In this document: one piece after another, positions 1-8,491 of the stretch
Layout of the letters: each line of letters begins with the position of its first letter
Numbering within the stretch: position 1 is the stretch's first letter
Assembly: GCF_900232105.1 (NCBI RefSeq)
Contig: NZ_LT934425.1
Coordinates: forward strand, 1,950,001-1,982,000
Reading direction: 5' to 3'
Source: Candidatus Kuenenia stuttgartensis
GTDB taxonomy: Bacteria; Planctomycetota; Brocadiia; Brocadiales; Brocadiaceae
DNA: 32,000 nucleotides
Program-made: the position numbers and the translations under genes
Notes under the pieces: generated by a model
Seen by the model: the letters and a program-made list of their open reading frames with translations, nothing else
The model's database searches: none
What the model was told of the DNA's origin: nothing

Positions 1-267
1 AAAATTTATCATCAGCCTTTTCGCGTCCTCTGTCAGTACCGCGCCACCGCCGCCCTTTCCCCCCGTAGTAACTTTTAACAATTTAATCCCCAACACCTTT
101 TCAGTAGCCCTTATTTTCCCCCATGCCGCACGATATGACATCCCCATCTCCTTTGCCGCGGCGTTAAGAGAACCAAGCCTGTCTACCGCCTCAAGCAGCA
201 ATCTCCTGCCTTCGGCAAATGCAACGCCATCCCCGCATTCCAGCCATATTTTTATTTTTGCCTTCAT
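1..267 (-). CDS. ModE-like molybdate-responsive regulator, N-terminal winged-HTH part (5' end of the gene; 3' end leaves the window)
   Basis: Absent from the ORF track because it runs off the edge. Reverse translation from ATG 267-265 gives MKAKIKIWLECGDGVAFAEGRRLLLEAVDRLGSLNAAAKEMGMSYRAAWGKIRATEKVLGIKLLKVTTGGKGGGGAVLTEDAKRLM. This matches the ModE N-terminal pattern (GSxxxAAKxMGMSYxxAW ... GGxxGGGAxLT). Confidence 0.7.
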   Translation of the reverse strand, partial: MKAKIKIWLECGDGVAFAEGRRLLLEAVDRLGSLNAAAKEMGMSYRAAWGKIRATEKVLGIKLLKVTTGGKGGGGAVLTEDAKRLMINF

Positions 268-758
268 ACATTACCCCTTCGGCGGCTTTCACGTACATAT
301 CCTTTGCGCGATTAGGTTGCAAATCTGAACCCGGCGAGTACATCATTTCGTTAAAATGTGTACGTAAAAAAATGTCCTTGCGAGGAGTGGAGCGACAAAG
401 CAATCTCTTGTTCCCAAAAAACTTAAGATTGCTTCGCTGTCGTTTGCAATGACGGTATCAATGTAGATATTTTAATGAAACGTTATACTAGTCGCACTAC
501 TTGAGTTAATCCCGCAAGATGTAAATTCCTGTATATAAAATCTGATTACGCATTATGCCATAATAGACATAGCGATATCAATGATAATTTGTTTTTAGTG
601 GGCATTGAGAATTGAATATTTTTCTTACTGCACAACATGCGTTGCACGGTTTTTAAAATAGATATTGCAGATACTCTGGCAAATACTATAATAATTTGAT
701 TATGCACGGATTTTCACCTGTAATTGCCATTGTTGACAATTTTTTCCCTTGCTAAACC

Positions 759-1502
759 ATGATAAAATTTCTGGAACCTGAATGGCACGACAAATTATCA
801 TCTACCAACACCGTCCTTCTGCGCTGGCTTAAAAATGAAAAAGATATTCCCACAGGATTTGTATTGGCTGCCCTTGAGCAAACAGCCGGTCATGGTCGAA
901 GCAATCATCATTGGCTTTCACAACCTGGAGAAGATCTCACCTTTTCCTTTCTTTTGTCTACCCGGCATGACCTTTCGGGGCTTGCTTCACTCTCCATGGC
1001 AATTTCACTGGGAATCGCTTCCGCCCTGGATACCTTTGGTTTCACGACACAAACGAAGTGGCCAAACGACCTTCTTGTGAGGGGTCGTAAAATCGGTGGA
1101 ATTCTTTCCGAGGAGAGTGGCGTGAAACGCCCGAACGGGCATGCTGCCATCGTTGTTGGCGTGGGAGTCAATGTGAATATGCAGGAGCCGCAGGTTTCTT
1201 CTATGAAAAAACCCGCAACTTCTCTTCGCATAGAGACCGGCAAAAAACATCTCATCAGGGATGTTCTCAATATTATTCTTGAAATGCTGCCTCAGTGGAT
1301 CGACCGTTGGGAAGCCGGCGGATTTCCAGCCATACGTAACGAATGGCTCGCGCGCTGCTGTTTCGTAGGAGAGCGTATAACCCTGGGAGAGGGAATGGAA
1401 CAAAGGTCGGGTATCTTGACGGGATTCGGGGAGAAAGGGCAAATCATCCTTCGCGGTGATGATGGTTTATTGTGTGATGTTTGGGCGGGAGAAGTAGAAT
1501 AA
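759..1502 (+). CDS. birA: Biotin--protein ligase, class I (no N-terminal HTH)
   Basis: 247-aa ORF with biotin-protein-ligase motifs GHGRSNHHWLS and KWPNDLLVRGRKIGGILSE. Its stop lies 8 nt from the convergent biotin-enzyme gene oadA. Confidence 0.9.
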   Translation: MIKFLEPEWHDKLSSTNTVLLRWLKNEKDIPTGFVLAALEQTAGHGRSNHHWLSQPGEDLTFSFLLSTRHDLSGLASLSMAISLGIASALDTFGFTTQTKWPNDLLVRGRKIGGILSEESGVKRPNGHAAIVVGVGVNVNMQEPQVSSMKKPATSLRIETGKKHLIRDVLNIILEMLPQWIDRWEAGGFPAIRNEWLARCCFVGERITLGEGMEQRSGILTGFGEKGQIILRGDDGLLCDVWAGEVE

Positions 1503-1510
1503 CCCGCCTT

Positions 1511-3328
1511 TTAGTTTATAAACGCAAGCACCTGTCCGGTGACAATCTGGTCGCATTCTTTTACCTTTATATCTATTACTGTTCCCTCTGCAGGGCTTGA
1601 AACGTGTATTTCCATTTTCATTGCCTCAACAACTAAAATTGACTGCCCGGAATGAAGATAATCTCCGATCCTTGAGGTGAGCCGAATCACCTTCCCGGGC
1701 ATTTGCGCTTTTACCGCAAGGCCTTCTTCCTTAATTTTCTTTACGCCTACAGCCGTTACTGCCTCCGGTGTTTTGTGAATTTCTACCTGATAGATTTTAC
1801 CATTTACCTTTGCCTTGTTTCCTTCAATCGTAACCGAATACTCTTTTCCGTTCACCGTCAGCAGGTATTCCTGCGATCTGACTTGCCGGTTCTGTTCGTC
1901 ATTGGCAACGATTTGTCCTCCCTTTTTATCCACCAGGCGAATCCCCATCTCTGCTTTTCCCTTAAGGAATTTCAACCCCTTATCCGTGCATGTGGCAACG
2001 ATGAAAATATTCTCATCCGTCTCTGCAATGCCCTCCTGTTTAAGTATTTCCCGGACATGTCTAACACTCTTTTTTGGATCCTCATCGTTTATTTCAAGCG
2101 GAGAACGCACGGTTGGTTCCAGTTTAAGTTGTTCTGCCGCTATTTTCACAATTTCCGGATCTGGCGGCACGGGGGTTTTCCCGAAATAACCCAGTACCAT
2201 TTTGCCGTAGCCCGGAGCGATTTTCTGCCAGGGACCGAAAAGAACATTGTTAAATGCCTGTTGGAAGTAAAACTGGGAAACGGGTGTCACTGAGGTTCCA
2301 TATCCGCCCAATTTGACCACTTCGCTCATGGATTTGATCACCTCCGGATATTTATCCATAATGCCGTTATCGCGAAGCATTTGTGTATTTGCCGTAAGAG
2401 CGCCGCCGGGCATGGGACTCCATAAAATAAGCGGCTCTACAGATGTTGCCTCAGGGGGAAGAAAATAATCTTTCATACATTCCTTAAAAACCTCTTCCGC
2501 CTCGCGAACTTTGTCAATATTGACATCAAGATCATATCCGGTCCCACGCAGGGCATGCCACATGACCAAAATATCAGTCTGGCATGTACCACCGGAACAG
2601 GGCGACAGGGAAAGGTCGATAGCATCAGCGCCACCATCCAGGGCCGCCTTGTTGGCGCTCACGCCAATACCCGCGGTTTCGTGCGTATGAAAATGAATAA
2701 ACATATCTTCCGGAAGTATTTTTCGCGCCCGTTTTATGGTCTCATACACCTTTGACGGCACGGCTGTGCCGGAAGCATCCTTAAAACACAAGGAGTGAAA
2801 TGGTATTCCCTCGTCCAATATCTGACGCAGTATTCTAATATAAAAATCCGGGTCGTGCGCACCGGTGCATCCGGGCGGCAATTCCATCATTGTTATGCAT
2901 ATCTGGTGTTTCAGCCCCGCCTCAGCAATGCATTTACCGCTGAAAATAAGATTTCTCACATCATTGAGCGCATCGAAATTCCTGATTGTTGTAATACCGT
3001 GCTTTTTGAAAAGTTGGGCGTGCATCCGTATAATTTCACCAGATTGAGACTCCAGCCCCACGACATTGACGCCCCGGGACAGAGTCTGGAGATCTGCGCC
3101 ATGGCCGGCGGTTTCGCGGAACGTATCCATCATGGCAAACGCATCTTCATTGCAATAGAAATACAGAGATTGAAAACGTGCGCCTCCTCCTGCTTCAAAA
3201 TAGGAAATACCGGCGTCTCTTGCCGCCTCCAAAGCCGGAAGAAAATCCCTGGTAAGAACACGGGCGCCATACACGGATTGAAACCCGTCCCTGAATGCCG
3301 TACACATAAATTGAACTTTTTTCGTCAT
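1511..3328 (-). CDS. oadA: Oxaloacetate decarboxylase alpha subunit (carboxyltransferase plus biotin carrier; PycB-like)
   Basis: The track ORF extends to 3343 (TTG); the likely start is ATG 3328 (MTKKVQFMCTAFRDGFQS). It has an HMGL-type carboxyltransferase barrel (HFHTHETAG) and a C-terminal biotinyl domain with the EAMKME attachment motif. It is last in a gamma-beta-alpha gene order. Confidence 0.8.
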   Translation of the reverse strand: MTKKVQFMCTAFRDGFQSVYGARVLTRDFLPALEAARDAGISYFEAGGGARFQSLYFYCNEDAFAMMDTFRETAGHGADLQTLSRGVNVVGLESQSGEIIRMHAQLFKKHGITTIRNFDALNDVRNLIFSGKCIAEAGLKHQICITMMELPPGCTGAHDPDFYIRILRQILDEGIPFHSLCFKDASGTAVPSKVYETIKRARKILPEDMFIHFHTHETAGIGVSANKAALDGGADAIDLSLSPCSGGTCQTDILVMWHALRGTGYDLDVNIDKVREAEEVFKECMKDYFLPPEATSVEPLILWSPMPGGALTANTQMLRDNGIMDKYPEVIKSMSEVVKLGGYGTSVTPVSQFYFQQAFNNVLFGPWQKIAPGYGKMVLGYFGKTPVPPDPEIVKIAAEQLKLEPTVRSPLEINDEDPKKSVRHVREILKQEGIAETDENIFIVATCTDKGLKFLKGKAEMGIRLVDKKGGQIVANDEQNRQVRSQEYLLTVNGKEYSVTIEGNKAKVNGKIYQVEIHKTPEAVTAVGVKKIKEEGLAVKAQMPGKVIRLTSRIGDYLHSGQSILVVEAMKMEIHVSSPAEGTVIDIKVKECDQIVTGQVLAFIN

Positions 3329-3353
3329 TTTGTATCTTTGCAACAGAAAAATA

Positions 3354-4481
3354 TTATTTCACAAATATCGACCACAAGATACCGGCGGCAATCGCCGACC
3401 CAAGCACACCTGCAACATTTGGCGCCATTGCGTGCATAAGGAGGAAATTATGCGGGTCCTCCTTCTGCCCTACCATCTGCACCACGCGTGCTGAGTCAGG
3501 CACAGCGGATACGCCCGCTGCCCCAATGAGAGGGTTTATCTTATCCTTTAGAAAAAGATTCATGCATTTTGCAAAAACCACGCCGCCTGCCGTTGCTATA
3601 CCAAAAGAAATGGCGCCCAATGCAAAAACGAGAAGGGATTGCGATGTTAAAAAGGTTTGTGCCTGCGCGCTTGCGCCCACTGAAAATCCGAGAATAATCG
3701 TCACAGTATCGATCATGGCGTTGCGTGCAGTGTTCGCCAATCGCTCTGTTACACAACTTTCCTTCAAAAGGTTGCCAAGGCAAAGCATGCCAATAAGCAC
3801 TATTGAACCTGGCGCAATCAAAGCGGAAATCAGAAACACGGCAACGGGGAAAATAATTTTTTCCCTCTGTGATACATGCCGCGGTTCTTTCATACGAATG
3901 AGCCTCTCTTTTTTCGTGGTGAGCAATCTCATTATCGGAGGCTGAATAACCGGAACCAGTGCCATATAGGAATAGGCGGCAATCGCAATGGATCCCAACA
4001 AATGCGGCGCCAGCTTTGACGATAAAAATATTGCCGTAGGGCCATCCGCTCCGCCAATAATGCCAATAGCGCCCGACTCTGAGGGGCTAAACCCTAAATA
4101 GAGCGCGCCTATGAGGGTAAGAAAAATGCCTATCTGTGCCGCCGCCCCAAGCAACACAAGCTTTGGATTCGACAACATGGCGGAAAAATCAGTCATAGCA
4201 CCGATCCCAAGGAAAATAAGCGGCGGATATATTCCTTTGCTTACCCCAAGGTAAAGAAAACTCAGAACACTCCCTTCCTGATATACGTTGAGCGCCATGC
4301 TGTCTATGGAGGGAATATTTCCCACTATCGCCCCAAATCCTATCGGCAAAAGCAGTAATGGCTCATAATCTTTAATAATTGCCAGACTTACAAAAAAAAT
4401 CCCGACAATGATCATGAGGGCATTGCCCCACGTCATCATTGCAAATCCTGTTGTCTTAAGAAATTCGAAGAGAATCTCCAT
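3354..4481 (-). CDS. oadB: Na+-transporting decarboxylase beta subunit (OadB/GcdB/MmdB family)
   Basis: Polytopic membrane protein with family-typical KDYEPLLLLPIGFG and IIGGADGPTAIF segments. A GGGAGGG Shine-Dalgarno sits 4 nt before ATG 4481, so the track start at 4514 is probably too far upstream. Confidence 0.88.
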   Translation of the reverse strand: MEILFEFLKTTGFAMMTWGNALMIIVGIFFVSLAIIKDYEPLLLLPIGFGAIVGNIPSIDSMALNVYQEGSVLSFLYLGVSKGIYPPLIFLGIGAMTDFSAMLSNPKLVLLGAAAQIGIFLTLIGALYLGFSPSESGAIGIIGGADGPTAIFLSSKLAPHLLGSIAIAAYSYMALVPVIQPPIMRLLTTKKERLIRMKEPRHVSQREKIIFPVAVFLISALIAPGSIVLIGMLCLGNLLKESCVTERLANTARNAMIDTVTIILGFSVGASAQAQTFLTSQSLLVFALGAISFGIATAGGVVFAKCMNLFLKDKINPLIGAAGVSAVPDSARVVQMVGQKEDPHNFLLMHAMAPNVAGVLGSAIAAGILWSIFVK

Positions 4482-4520
4482 TAAGCCCTCCCAAAAAAAG
4501 ACCGGAGATAACACATTTTA

Positions 4521-4796
4521 CTAAAATGATTCTTTGCCAACCATACTGCCGCCCGCTTCACTATGCAGGGCAAAGCCGATTGCCGCAAGCGCCTCGTCTT
4601 CAGGCGCTGAGTAAAATGCCGGTATATGATGCGAAGTTTCTTCCGCAGGAAGTATGCTGGCAAATATTCTTAAAAAAATGGGAAGGAGATAAATAAAAAA
4701 ACTGGTTATCGCGAGTGCGGCAAACACAATCAGCATACCGCTGATTGTGATCATAATTCCTTGTCCGTTGACTATATTTTGAACCCCTGAATTCAT
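4521..4796 (-). CDS. oadG: OadG-like gamma subunit (small single-TM anchor protein)
   Basis: 91 aa with one N-terminal TM helix (GIMITISGMLIVFAALAITSFFIYLL). It sits directly upstream of oadB. The call rests on size, topology and position. Confidence 0.55.
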   Translation of the reverse strand: MNSGVQNIVNGQGIMITISGMLIVFAALAITSFFIYLLPIFLRIFASILPAEETSHHIPAFYSAPEDEALAAIGFALHSEAGGSMVGKESF

Positions 4797-4836
4797 AGTT
4801 GTTTTCCCCGTTCTTATTTTTAAGATATGTTATGGG

Positions 4837-4865
4837 TTGACTTTAAAATTTTAATATCCTATATT
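4837..4865 (+). promoter_or_regulatory. Sigma70-like promoter candidate (TTGACT-17 nt-TATATT)
   Basis: Read directly: TTGACT 4837-4842, a 17-nt AT-rich spacer, TATATT 4860-4865. It points into the gene-poor 4.8-5.5 kb spacer. No experimental support. Confidence 0.3.
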
Positions 4866-5530
4866 TTTTTTTAGTAAGATGCAATTATTTTTTAAGGTTT
4901 CCCTGTCAGTATCCGTCAAATCTTCTGTTACAAAGTTCCTTTTAACACTATGGTTGCTTTTATTCCTGGTTCTACTCACAAAAATCATATCGCTTATGAT
5001 ATTAATTGGTTACGCTTTCGATACGGGTATCTTTGGCGATACCTTTTTGGGGTTTAACAGATGATTTATCTATTTTCTGTTTAAAGTGGGATGTTTCGGT
5101 TTTAGTTTATGGTAAAGCATTATGTTGTTTTTACGTTTGGCGAATCGGAAAAATGGTAGAAATGTGTTATTCAGCAAGGTATAATTTTTTTGCTTATCGC
5201 CTGCATAACAAATTCATTTATATACTGTTACCTTTCATGATAAAATATTGCGTTTACGGGATATCCATAATTATTGTACTCTTTTCTTTAACGGGTCGTA
5301 GTTAACGTAATTGCATTGGAAGCTCTTGCTTCCCTTTCGCAAGAATTATTCGGGTCAAAATAGGCCTTTGAATATCCTGGATAACCCGGTTTCATTCTTT
5401 TTTCCATTCGAAGCCAGAGCTTGGGAACGAGGACGATAGTGTTACACGTTTAAAAATGTTTCCTTAGCAGGTATTCATGGGTAAAAGCCTTTTTATGTAA
5501 GTTTTTTACACACACTGGACAAGGGTTTTT

Positions 5531-7978
5531 ATGAAAAATGTACTTGGTGTTTTAGGGAAAAAGCTGCTTCTGTATTTTGTAAGCATATCCCTTATTCCCG
5601 CAACACTGTTGTGTTGCATTCACTATCTGCATAACAAAAAACTACTGGAGACAGAGTTATTTAATGAAATGTCGCTGGTGGGCGCATCTCTGTCGGAACA
5701 CATCAATGCCTTTTTAGTTTACGGCGAGAATTCGGCAAAACACTATGCCTCCGATGGTTTTATCAGAGAACATCTCGAAAGCATTAACGATGATACGGAA
5801 AATACTGTGGCTATCCAGGCGCTGAACAAATATCTGCAATACAAGACCAGCCTCGAACCAAGATTTCGTGAGACCTTTACGACAAATACAAAGGGCATAG
5901 CAGTGGCGTCCAGCAATGCGCAGCGTGTTGGTATGGATATGTCGCAAGACCTTTCTGCCTTAAAAACAAAAGGCGGGACGTTCGTAAAGGATGTTTATCC
6001 GTGCGACATTACAGGGGAATACTGTTTAACCTTTTGCTCTTCCGTTATAAATAAGGATACAAACGAATTTTTAGGCATGATCGGGATACGCATACTTGCC
6101 GCTGAACTGGAAAGTATCACTGTGGGCGCAAAACAAGAGGCATCTGCCTTATTACTTCCTGCGCATACGCCGACGATGTATAGTGAGGGAAAAACAAACA
6201 TAGTGACGGAAGAACCTTGTTTTAACGCGCAAGATGCTGATACTTCATATAAAAGAAATCATACGATAAGACCTCCTTTTGAATTAACCACACTGACACG
6301 CCGAGGCGAAACAAGCGAGGCATATCTTGTCAATAAACAAAGGCTAATGCTAACCTCCTCCCGGTTCATAGATAATGTCCTGTTGAGACAGGCGGTGGAC
6401 ACCTTGCCCGTCAATGTTTTAATAAGCGAAGGCAGGGAGATGGCAGGCATCTATAATGATTACATGGGAACGCCTGTCATCGGCGTTTCAAAATATATAA
6501 AACCCATGGGCTGGATATTGCTTGTGGAAGCGGATATCGCAGAGGCGTTTAAGCCTGTATACAGGGCAAGAAACTACTCTATCGTTATTATAGTGACCAG
6601 CGTGTTTGTTATTTCCGTCGTAGCATTTTTCATATCCGGCAGGATTGTCAATCCCTTAAAATCATTGATGACAGCAATGGGCAAGGTATCAAAAGGCGAT
6701 ATAGGGCATCACATACGCGTTACGTCAAAGGATGAGCTCGGAGAACTCGCGAAGGGATTTAATCGTATGACGACAGATTTGATAAAGGCGCGGGATGAAT
6801 TGCGAGATCTTTTTGATGCGGCTAACGATCCCATGGTCACATTGAAAGAGGGCAATATGGTCAACAATATGAATAGCAGGGTCTCTGAGTTATTTGGCTA
6901 CACGCAAAAAGATTTGCTCTCTAAGAAAATCGTCAGTATCATCAGAAAGGAAGATGTTCCCATAGTTGAAGAGTCACTTGATAACGCATGGCGGTTAAAA
7001 CCAGGAGAAAAATATCCTATGTTTGAGGTGGGCGTTATGAAAAAGGACGGGAATGTGCTGGTTTGCGAACTGGATTTAAACCGGACACAGTTTGGAATAC
7101 AACCCCATTTCAGGAACATAACAAAGAGAAAATTGCTGGAGCAAAGAATACTGGAAGAAAAACAAAAACTTGAAGCATCAAACACCCGCCTTCAATCCCT
7201 GCTGGCAGAACTGGAACGGACACAGATGCAGTTGCTGCAATCCGAAAAAATGGCTTCCCTTGGTCAATTGGCGGCAGGCATTGCCCATGAAATAAACAAT
7301 CCGGTCGGCTATATCTCCAGCAATCTGGAATGGATGCATAATAAATTTGCCGTCATCAAGGCGATGCTGGAGGAGTTGAAGATAGAATCAAAGCCACAAA
7401 GCCGCCCATGGGATAATAGGAAAAACATTGCCTCTCACATGGAGAAAAGCATAAACGAATCCATGGAGGGTACAAGGAGGATTCAGAGCATTGTTAACTC
7501 ACTCCGTATTTTCTCTCACAGGTCAGAAGATAAACCGGAACCGGCTGATATTAATGCGGAGATAGAAAGCGCCCTGAATATCATCCGGAACGAGATTAAG
7601 TACAAAGCCACATTGATTAAGTCTTACGGAAATATCCCCCCGATACCTTGCAACCGGCGCCAATTAGGGCAGGTCTTTATGAATATCATCCTGAATGCGG
7701 CACAGGCTTTGAAGGAAATGGGGGAGATAAGAATAGCAACGTATAGAAAAGACTATTTTATCTTTATTGTGATTAGCGATAACGGCCCTGGCATACCGGA
7801 GCAAGATCTTCCAAAAATATTTGAACCCTTTTTTACCACCAAAGAACCAGGCATGGGAACGGGACTGGGGCTTTCCATTGCTTACAACATAATAGCGAGC
7901 CACAATGGCACAATAGAGGTTGACAGCAAAGTAAATACAGGAACAACATTTACGATAAAGCTGCCTGTTACCATATAA
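5531..7978 (+). CDS. Sensor histidine kinase (TM, large periplasmic sensor domain, TM, HAMP, PAS, HisKA, HATPase_c)
   Basis: 815 aa. Two TM helices flank a roughly 320-aa extracytoplasmic domain. HAMP (DELGELAKGFNRMTTDL), PAS, H-box GIAHEINNP, and ATPase boxes DNGPGI and GTGLGLS are present. Confidence 0.9.
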   Translation: MKNVLGVLGKKLLLYFVSISLIPATLLCCIHYLHNKKLLETELFNEMSLVGASLSEHINAFLVYGENSAKHYASDGFIREHLESINDDTENTVAIQALNKYLQYKTSLEPRFRETFTTNTKGIAVASSNAQRVGMDMSQDLSALKTKGGTFVKDVYPCDITGEYCLTFCSSVINKDTNEFLGMIGIRILAAELESITVGAKQEASALLLPAHTPTMYSEGKTNIVTEEPCFNAQDADTSYKRNHTIRPPFELTTLTRRGETSEAYLVNKQRLMLTSSRFIDNVLLRQAVDTLPVNVLISEGREMAGIYNDYMGTPVIGVSKYIKPMGWILLVEADIAEAFKPVYRARNYSIVIIVTSVFVISVVAFFISGRIVNPLKSLMTAMGKVSKGDIGHHIRVTSKDELGELAKGFNRMTTDLIKARDELRDLFDAANDPMVTLKEGNMVNNMNSRVSELFGYTQKDLLSKKIVSIIRKEDVPIVEESLDNAWRLKPGEKYPMFEVGVMKKDGNVLVCELDLNRTQFGIQPHFRNITKRKLLEQRILEEKQKLEASNTRLQSLLAELERTQMQLLQSEKMASLGQLAAGIAHEINNPVGYISSNLEWMHNKFAVIKAMLEELKIESKPQSRPWDNRKNIASHMEKSINESMEGTRRIQSIVNSLRIFSHRSEDKPEPADINAEIESALNIIRNEIKYKATLIKSYGNIPPIPCNRRQLGQVFMNIILNAAQALKEMGEIRIATYRKDYFIFIVISDNGPGIPEQDLPKIFEPFFTTKEPGMGTGLGLSIAYNIIASHNGTIEVDSKVNTGTTFTIKLPVTI

Positions 7979-8041
7979 TACAGTCGGCAGTCTGCAATCT
8001 ACAGTCGGCAAATTGCAGACTGCGGATTGTAAAATTTTTTT
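7979..8041. repeat. REP-like palindromic element (family F3, CAGTCGGCAAT units), possible terminator
   Basis: TACAGTCGGCA occurs twice (7979-7989 and 8000-8010). A perfect 12-bp stem joins GCAGTCTGCAAT (7987-7998) to ATTGCAGACTGC (8012-8023). The tail GGATTGTAAAA plus a T7 run follows. The same tail and units recur at 30001-30121. Confidence 0.6.
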
Positions 8042-8054
8042 CTGAGGGACGCAA

Positions 8055-8489
8055 ATGAAGCAAAAGACAATACTTATTGTTGATGATGAAAAAAACATCC
8101 TTGCGACATTAAAAAGAATCCTGGAAGAAGAGAAGGAAGGTTACAGGGTATTTTTCGCAGATAGCGGAATAAAGGGACTGGAAATTCTTAAGTGTGAAAA
8201 TATACATCTGATAATCACCAATTACAGGATGCCAGGCATGGACGGCTTACAGGTTCTGAAAAGGGCTACGATGCTTTCGCCGGATGCGGTTAAGTTTATG
8301 TTAACCGGATATGCTGACCTGGATGTTGTTATGAAAGCAAAAAACGAGGGTGGTGTATACCGGTTCTTCACAAAACCATGGAGCAATAACGAAATATTAG
8401 GTGCCGTAAAACAGGCTTTTTGTAATTTTGACACATGCAATAACCTGGAATTTGGTACGGACAATAACCTGGCATTTGGTACGGAATAA
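8055..8489 (+). CDS. Receiver-only response-regulator paralog with Asn at the phospho-acceptor position (pseudo-receiver)
   Basis: 144 aa, collinear with the receiver of the next gene. The DDE acidic pocket, the T of MLTGY and the K of TKPW are conserved. [13 protein letters not shown] aligns with [13 protein letters not shown], so AAT at 8220-8222 replaces GAT. There is no output domain. Confidence 0.85.
   Translation: MKQKTILIVDDEKNILATLKRILEEEKEGYRVFFADSGIKGLEILKCENIHLIITNYRMPGMDGLQVLKRATMLSPDAVKFMLTGYADLDVVMKAKNEGGVYRFFTKPWSNNEILGAVKQAFCNFDTCNNLEFGTDNNLAFGTE
8438..8485 (+). repeat. 24-bp tandem duplication (2 copies, 1 mismatch) at the 3' end of the receiver gene
   Basis: CAATAACCTGGAATTTGGTACGGA (8438-8461) is followed by CAATAACCTGGCATTTGGTACGGA (8462-8485). 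The copies encode NNLEFGTD and NNLAFGTE. Confidence 0.9.
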
Positions 8490-8491
8490 AA

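Noticed and set aside
1703-3439. Long plus-strand ORFs (1703-2293, 1815-2189, 2555-2755, 2795-3439, 2865-3047) inside oadA
   Set aside because: They are antisense shadows of a confidently identified gene. Their sequences are low-complexity and motif-free, and they overlap each other.
7664-8098. Recurring peptide CRLPTVDC in the 7664-8098 minus ORF and in the first 21 codons of the 30070 ORF
   Set aside because: It is the translation of the F3 REP-like units. The 7664 ORF is otherwise antisense to the kinase, and the PLD-like protein has a proper signal peptide starting at ATG 30133.
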